DNA of 64,000 nucleotides from Candidatus Binatia bacterium (GTDB lineage Bacteria; Desulfobacterota; Binatia; HRBIN30): NCBI GenBank assembly GCA_937925685.1, contig CALAMI010000008.1, positions 77,518 to 141,517 of the forward strand, read 5' to 3'. Shown piece by piece: positions 59,068 to 64,000 of this stretch (position 1 is its first letter; each line of letters starts with the position of its first letter). The notes under the pieces were generated by a model. It saw only the letters and a program-made list of their open reading frames with translations, ran no database searches and was not told where the DNA came from. The position numbers and the translations under genes were made by a program.

Positions 59068-60675
59068 ATGGGACGCGACGAAGCGGTTGATGTGCTGATC
59101 GTAGGAGCTGGGGCTTCAGCGGCCGCCCTAGCCTGGAGTCTTGCGGATACCAGAATGCAAATTCTTTGTCTGGAACAAGGGGATTGGGTGCGCCCGCAAG
59201 AGCTTCCAGGAAATTACCTGGATTGGGAAGCACGTCACTTAACGGACTTTCACTTTAGCCCAAATGTTCGTCGGCGGCCCGAAGACTATCCGGTAAACGA
59301 TTCGCAGTCAGCGATTCAAGTGTCCATGTTTAACGCAGTGGGCGGAAGCACTATTTTGTACGCCGCTCACTTCCCCCGATTTCGCCCGGAGGATTTTCGC
59401 GTGCGCAGCGTCGACGGCGTCGGCGACGATTGGCCGATCGACTACGAAACTCTGGCGCCGTTTTATGATCTCAATGCCGAGGTGATGGGGGTGTCGGGCT
59501 TGGCAGGCGACCCAGCCTATCCCCCGAAGCGATTTCCGCTTCCTCCGGTACCCCTGGGCAAACTCGGTGCGAAACTCGCAGCTGGCTTCGAGCGCCTGGG
59601 CTGGCATTGGTGGCCGTCGGATAGCGCCATTATTACCCAGGATTATCGTGGCCGCGCAGCGTGCGTTAACGCCGGCACGTGTCTCGTCGGTTGCCCCCGC
59701 GGCGCGAAGGGAAGTGTGGACGTGACGTATTGGCCGGAAGCGCTTCGGCGAGGAGTGCGGCTTCGCACCCGTTGTCGTGTGCGGGAGGTCACTGTCGATG
59801 AGCAGGGCATGGCCAGCGGCGTTGTGTATTACGACGGTGAAGGCAAAGAGCACCATCAACGAGCGCACGTCGTGGTGTTGGCGTGCAACGGCATTGGCAC
59901 GCCGCGGCTTCTCCTGACGTCGCGCAGCAAGCTTTTCCCGGAAGGCTTGGCGAACCGCAGCGGGCTCGTGGGGAAAAATTTAATGTTCCATCCCTATGCC
60001 ATGGTGACCGGGGTGTTCGACGAGCCTCTCGAGGGATACAAGGGCCCGACAGGCTGCTGCATCATGAGCCAGGAGTTTTACCGTACGGACCAGAGCCGTG
60101 GGTTCGCGCGCGGATATTCATTCGAGATCCTGCGTGGCTTTGGTCCGGTGTCGACAGCTTTATGGGGAATGCAGCAAGGGCTCGTGCCATGGGGTCGGAA
60201 CCATCACCGGGCGATGGCCGAGGTGTTCGACCATATCGCTGGAATGGTGGCCATTTGCGAGGACCTGCCTGAGGACACCAACTACGTGGACCTTGACCCG
60301 GAGTTGCGCGACCAACACGGAATCCCCGCGCCGCGCATTCACTACCGCCTGAGCGAGAACAGCCAACGCATGTTGGCCCACGCGGTGGACCGGGCCCGTG
60401 AGGTCCTAGAGGCGGCCGGTGCTCGCCAAACCTTTGCGCAAGCCCCGTTGCCTTTTGCAGGCTGGCACCTCATGGGCACAGCCCGCATGGGCCGCGACCC
60501 ACGGACGTCCGTAGTCAACGAGTGGGGCCGCTGCCATGACGTGAAAAACCTTTTCATTGTGGATGGAAGCATCTTTGTTACCTCGGCAGCCGTGAATCCG
60601 ACCAACACCATCCAAGCCTTGGCGCTATACATTGCCGATCAGATGAAACGGCGCTTGGCGAATCTCTTCGATTGA
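59068..60675 (+). CDS. GMC-family FAD-dependent oxidoreductase
   Basis: N-terminal FAD-binding VDVLIVGAGASAAALAWSLA, GMC signature regions, and the C-terminal active-site region GTARMGRDPRTSVVNEWGRCHDVKNLFIVDGSIF. Confidence 0.85.
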   Translation: MGRDEAVDVLIVGAGASAAALAWSLADTRMQILCLEQGDWVRPQELPGNYLDWEARHLTDFHFSPNVRRRPEDYPVNDSQSAIQVSMFNAVGGSTILYAAHFPRFRPEDFRVRSVDGVGDDWPIDYETLAPFYDLNAEVMGVSGLAGDPAYPPKRFPLPPVPLGKLGAKLAAGFERLGWHWWPSDSAIITQDYRGRAACVNAGTCLVGCPRGAKGSVDVTYWPEALRRGVRLRTRCRVREVTVDEQGMASGVVYYDGEGKEHHQRAHVVVLACNGIGTPRLLLTSRSKLFPEGLANRSGLVGKNLMFHPYAMVTGVFDEPLEGYKGPTGCCIMSQEFYRTDQSRGFARGYSFEILRGFGPVSTALWGMQQGLVPWGRNHHRAMAEVFDHIAGMVAICEDLPEDTNYVDLDPELRDQHGIPAPRIHYRLSENSQRMLAHAVDRAREVLEAAGARQTFAQAPLPFAGWHLMGTARMGRDPRTSVVNEWGRCHDVKNLFIVDGSIFVTSAAVNPTNTIQALALYIADQMKRRLANLFD

Positions 60676-60687
60676 GGGTCGTGATCG

Positions 60688-61119
60688 ATGCATGCCGAGC
60701 AGCTGAATCTCGATCTGGCAGCAGAAGAGCTGGACCTTCTCACTGCTGTGCTCGATGCGCTCATCCCGGCCAGCGACGACGGCCGGTTTCCCGGTGCGGG
60801 CTCGTTGGGATGCGCTAGGCAAGTCGCTCGCAACTGTAGCAAAGTGCCCGGGCTGCTCGAACTGGTGCGTTGCGGCTTACGCGAACTCGCCGAATCTAGC
60901 AGGGCGCGGTGGAACGAACCCTTCGAGGTTCTTCGCCTGGAGGCTCGCGAGCAGCTCCTTGCTCACCAAAGTTTCGTGCTCCCCTTGTTGATCCAGGCGT
61001 ACATCGTCTACTACCAGCAACCCGCGGTGCTCGCTGCTCTAGGTCTGGAACCACGGCCGCCTCACCCACAAGGCTACGCCATGAGGGAGTACGGTGAGGA
61101 CCCGGCTCCGAAGGGTTGA
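60688..61119 (+). CDS. Gluconate 2-dehydrogenase subunit 3-like small protein (GMC partner subunit)
   Basis: About 140 aa, directly downstream of the GMC oxidoreductase. Family assignment is by size, context and weak motif similarity; no Tat signal is evident. Confidence 0.5.
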   Translation: MHAEQLNLDLAAEELDLLTAVLDALIPASDDGRFPGAGSLGCARQVARNCSKVPGLLELVRCGLRELAESSRARWNEPFEVLRLEAREQLLAHQSFVLPLLIQAYIVYYQQPAVLAALGLEPRPPHPQGYAMREYGEDPAPKG

Positions 61120-61397
61120 TGCGAACGCTGAGCGCAGCGCGCCGACGTGGGGCAAAGAGCGTAAGCGTAGGAAGGCCAGGTGGGGGTAGACAACGCTTGG
61201 GCGAAGCAGTGTTTGCTGGTCGAAGCTCCCCGAAACCTTGGCTTTGCTCGATGGGCCCACACTCCCGAAGGGGCCCATTGAACTACGTTAGTTACGTGCA
61301 ATTACTTGCCGAGGCTCTAGAGGCTGACGAAAGGCCGAAAACTCCAACGGCTCGTGATTGACTTTGTCAACTGAACTATTGTAGCGTTGGCTCCGCG

Positions 61398-63416
61398 ATG
61401 CGCAGGTTAACCATGCTCCGTCGTGCGGCTGTGGTTGCTACGCTGCTCGGGACTGGCGTGTGCCTTTCCTCTTCCCTAGCCGCGACGGACTGCAACCCAG
61501 GGAGTAGTTTCGAAAGTACGTGGGCGTTGGTGCAGGATCTCTTCGAGCGGCACGGCTGTGTGAACGACCTTTGCCACGGCGCGGCTCGACAAGGGGGATT
61601 GGATTTGCGGGGGGATCACGCGTACGACAACCTCGTGGATGTGGCTGCCTCTACCGTCCCTTCGATGAAACGAGTGCTCCCTGGCCTTGGAACCCGTAGC
61701 CTCTTGTTTTTGAACTTGGCGGCGAAAACCTTCCCGCAACAATATCGTGCGCCCCTGCGGCCGATGCCTCCCGAGCCGCTTCCCGCACTGAGCTGGAACG
61801 AAGTTGAGCTCATTCGCCTTTGGATTCAACAAGGTGCTCCACGACAAGGTGTGGTTCCTGGCACGGCGAATTTGGTGGATGCGTGTTTGCCCCCACCGGA
61901 GCCTGTACCGATTCAACCGTTAGCACCACCGGAGCCGGGCAAAGGCTTTCAACTGCGAATGCCTCCATGGGTCGTGCCCCCGCGAAGCGAGAAAGAGGTC
62001 TGTTTCGTCAGTTACTTTGACGTGCGCTCGTTGGTGCCATCGCAGTTCCGTGGACGCGGTGGCTTGACCTTCCGCTTCCGTTCCAACGAGGTCCGGCAAA
62101 GCCCGGTGAGCCATCACCTGATTGCAAATCTTTACCTCGGGCGGACTTCTCCGGAGGACCCGGCGTGGGGGCCGTTCCGGTGTCGCGGGGGCGAGCGAGA
62201 TGGCGAATCGTGCCGCCCCACAGATTTGGAATTCTGCGGCTCTGGTCTTTGCGCTTCGGAGCCCGTGGATGCGGTGGGTTGCATCGGGTTCGGTCCGCCC
62301 GATTTAAGCCAAGGCTTGAGCCTGATTCCCTTTTCCGGAAGCCAGCAAGTGGCCAATGAAATGCGCTTCCCTCCTGGAGTGTACCAAGAGTTGCCGTTGC
62401 GAGGTTTGATCGTGTGGAACGCGCACAGCTTCAACCTTGGTGACGCCCCCGCCTTGCATGAAGCGTGGCTGAATTGGGAGTTTGCTCCTCCGGAGGAGGC
62501 GAAGATGATGGTGTGGCCGATCGCTGGGAACCGGGACATCTATAAGATGACCCCGGTGCCGCCATTTACCACGAAAGAAGTCTGTAGCCATTACGAGTTC
62601 CCGCGCTTCGCACGACTATTCCAGTTGAGCGGGCACGGCCATAAGCGCATGAAGCGATGGCGCACCTTCGAGGGGAAATTTGCTTGTCGGGGGGGACCTG
62701 CTGCCGGTGAGGCCTGCTCTCCTTTAGGTTATGACTTCGACAGTCCCGACGTGTGCCAAGGAGCTCCGTGCCAGGCATGGGAGCGGGAGCGTGCCTGCGA
62801 TTGTAACGAGGATGGGTCGGTAACCATCGACGAACTGATTCGTGCGGTCAACGTGGTGTTGGGGAGCGCTGCTGTAGAAAGCTGCATCGACGCCGACTGG
62901 TCCATGGATGATCAGGTGACAGTGGACGAACTCATCCGCGGAGTCAACGCCGCTCTGGGCGGTGGTCCTCCGGTGACGGCGCGCGATCCGCACGCTTCTC
63001 TCGTGTACTTGAGCACGGTTTACAGTGACATGCTCGTGCTCGACCTCGATCCTCCTCGACGGTACGACGCTGTGGCACCGGAGAAGAGAACGATCACTTA
63101 CTGCGCACTGTACGACAACGGGTTTACCGACCCGATGAGCGTGAAACGAAAATCGACATCGCCCATGCCATCGTCTCCCGGGGTCGCTGGTGGGCCATGT
63201 GACGTCCCGACACACTGCGCTACCGGCAAGGTGGGAGCAGCGTGCCGAGGCGACAGCTTTGAAGAGCGAGACCGGTCTTGCGACTCGACGCCAGGGTCGT
63301 TGGATGGCCAGTGCGATGCGTGTCCCCTCACTGGCGGTGTGACAACCGAGGACGAAATGTTCGTCCTTCTGGGTCTGTATTATTTGCAGAACGTCTCCTT
63401 TGCCGTCCCCGAGTGA
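61398..63416 (+). CDS. Secreted protein with N-terminal PSCyt1-like (planctomycete cytochrome c-like) domain carrying a CX4CH motif and C-terminal dockerin-like repeats
   Basis: Signal peptide MRRLTMLRRAAVVATLLGTGVCLSSSLA. LFERHGCVNDLCHGAARQGGLDLRGD...SLLFLNL...MPPEPLPALSWNEVELIRLWIQQGAP resembles the PSCyt1 pattern. Two dockerin type-I-like repeats: DCNEDGSVTIDELIRAVNVVLG and DADWSMDDQVTVDELIRGVNAALG. Confidence 0.7.
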   Translation: MRRLTMLRRAAVVATLLGTGVCLSSSLAATDCNPGSSFESTWALVQDLFERHGCVNDLCHGAARQGGLDLRGDHAYDNLVDVAASTVPSMKRVLPGLGTRSLLFLNLAAKTFPQQYRAPLRPMPPEPLPALSWNEVELIRLWIQQGAPRQGVVPGTANLVDACLPPPEPVPIQPLAPPEPGKGFQLRMPPWVVPPRSEKEVCFVSYFDVRSLVPSQFRGRGGLTFRFRSNEVRQSPVSHHLIANLYLGRTSPEDPAWGPFRCRGGERDGESCRPTDLEFCGSGLCASEPVDAVGCIGFGPPDLSQGLSLIPFSGSQQVANEMRFPPGVYQELPLRGLIVWNAHSFNLGDAPALHEAWLNWEFAPPEEAKMMVWPIAGNRDIYKMTPVPPFTTKEVCSHYEFPRFARLFQLSGHGHKRMKRWRTFEGKFACRGGPAAGEACSPLGYDFDSPDVCQGAPCQAWERERACDCNEDGSVTIDELIRAVNVVLGSAAVESCIDADWSMDDQVTVDELIRGVNAALGGGPPVTARDPHASLVYLSTVYSDMLVLDLDPPRRYDAVAPEKRTITYCALYDNGFTDPMSVKRKSTSPMPSSPGVAGGPCDVPTHCATGKVGAACRGDSFEERDRSCDSTPGSLDGQCDACPLTGGVTTEDEMFVLLGLYYLQNVSFAVPE

Positions 63417-64000
63417 ACCGCGGCTAACAGGCTTACCCGGGCTAATATAAGGGGGGCGTCTGGGGCTGCCGCTCACGGGTAAGGGTGGTTCCTGGCCCGA
63501 GAACTGACTTGGCTAGATGCTCACTGGTCGGGGGGCCGCGCATTGGCATGCGCAGGGCAGTGTCGGTGCGGCTTGTACGTGAGAAGCGATGGTCGATTCC
63601 GGGATTTGCGGGTGTAGGGATTCCGCCAATATTGCCATCATGGTTTGAGCCTTCCGAATCGCTTGCCAACTTTGTTGGAATGTGACAAAGGTCAAGCAGT
63701 TCTCCTATTTGGGCGGGGTGACGAAGAGAAGCCCGAATTTGGTCGATAAGATTGACAAGTTCGACTCGGGTGGAAGAGATGCCGCGGGCAGTTCCACATC
63801 TTGTTGGAGTAACAAGGGCAGCGTGCGAGCGAGTGGGGCGAAAAAAGCCCTTCTCGCGTTCAGGAAATTCGGCGATTGCGCACTGCTGTTCCTCTCCTCA
63901 AACGGCCAATCGCAGCTCCGTAATGGACTGGTGGTGGCCTGGAAGTTGGTTCGGGTTCACCGCCTCCGGGAAGTATTTTCACCAATGAACCGTCGACGAG

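Noticed and set aside
1..64000. CRISPR arrays, IS elements, integrases and prophage genes
   Set aside because: No regularly spaced direct repeats and no transposase, integrase or phage structural gene translations were seen in any frame. The only repeated DNA is the paralogous gene duplications (DUF1302 pair and the four-gene array), which are divergent rather than near-identical.

Overview
This is a GC-rich bacterial chromosomal window that is almost entirely coding. I cannot assign a lineage from sequence alone. The most notable locus (about 24.7-29.8 kb) is a tandem array of four paralogous genes for cysteine-rich, signal-peptide-bearing proteins that I do not recognise as any described family. 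The four fall into two subtypes arranged A-B/A-B, and each A-B pair is preceded by the same near-consensus sigma70-type promoter (TTGACA-N17-TATAAG). Going from 5' to 3', the rest of the window contains: a tungsten-type aldehyde:ferredoxin oxidoreductase gene; a minus-strand DUF1329 / RND-MMPL exporter / BNR(Ycf48-like) / DUF1302 cluster with a second DUF1302 paralog and a plus-strand hypothetical secreted protein wedged between the two DUF1302 genes; comM-dprA-topA-trmFO; a CBS/ACT gene; glnE and ilvE; the four-paralog locus; convergent gshB-rsmE-prmA; a glycerophosphodiester phosphodiesterase; rpsU-cvpA-like-dnaG; tRNA-Met(CAU); a COG1579 zinc-ribbon gene; RNase P RNA (rnpB); and a dcw cell-wall/division cluster (mraZ-ftsL-ftsI-murF-mraY-murD-ftsW-murG-murC-murB-ftsQ-ftsA-ftsZ). 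That dcw cluster conspicuously lacks rsmH/mraW, murE and ddl. Downstream come a TIGR03960-like radical SAM gene, acpS, a phasin-like gene convergent on a pair of ArsA/GET3-like ATPases, glpK, a GMC oxidoreductase with a small subunit-3-like partner, and a secreted protein carrying a PSCyt1-like domain with a non-canonical CX4CH motif plus dockerin-like repeats. No CRISPR arrays, IS elements or integrases were seen.
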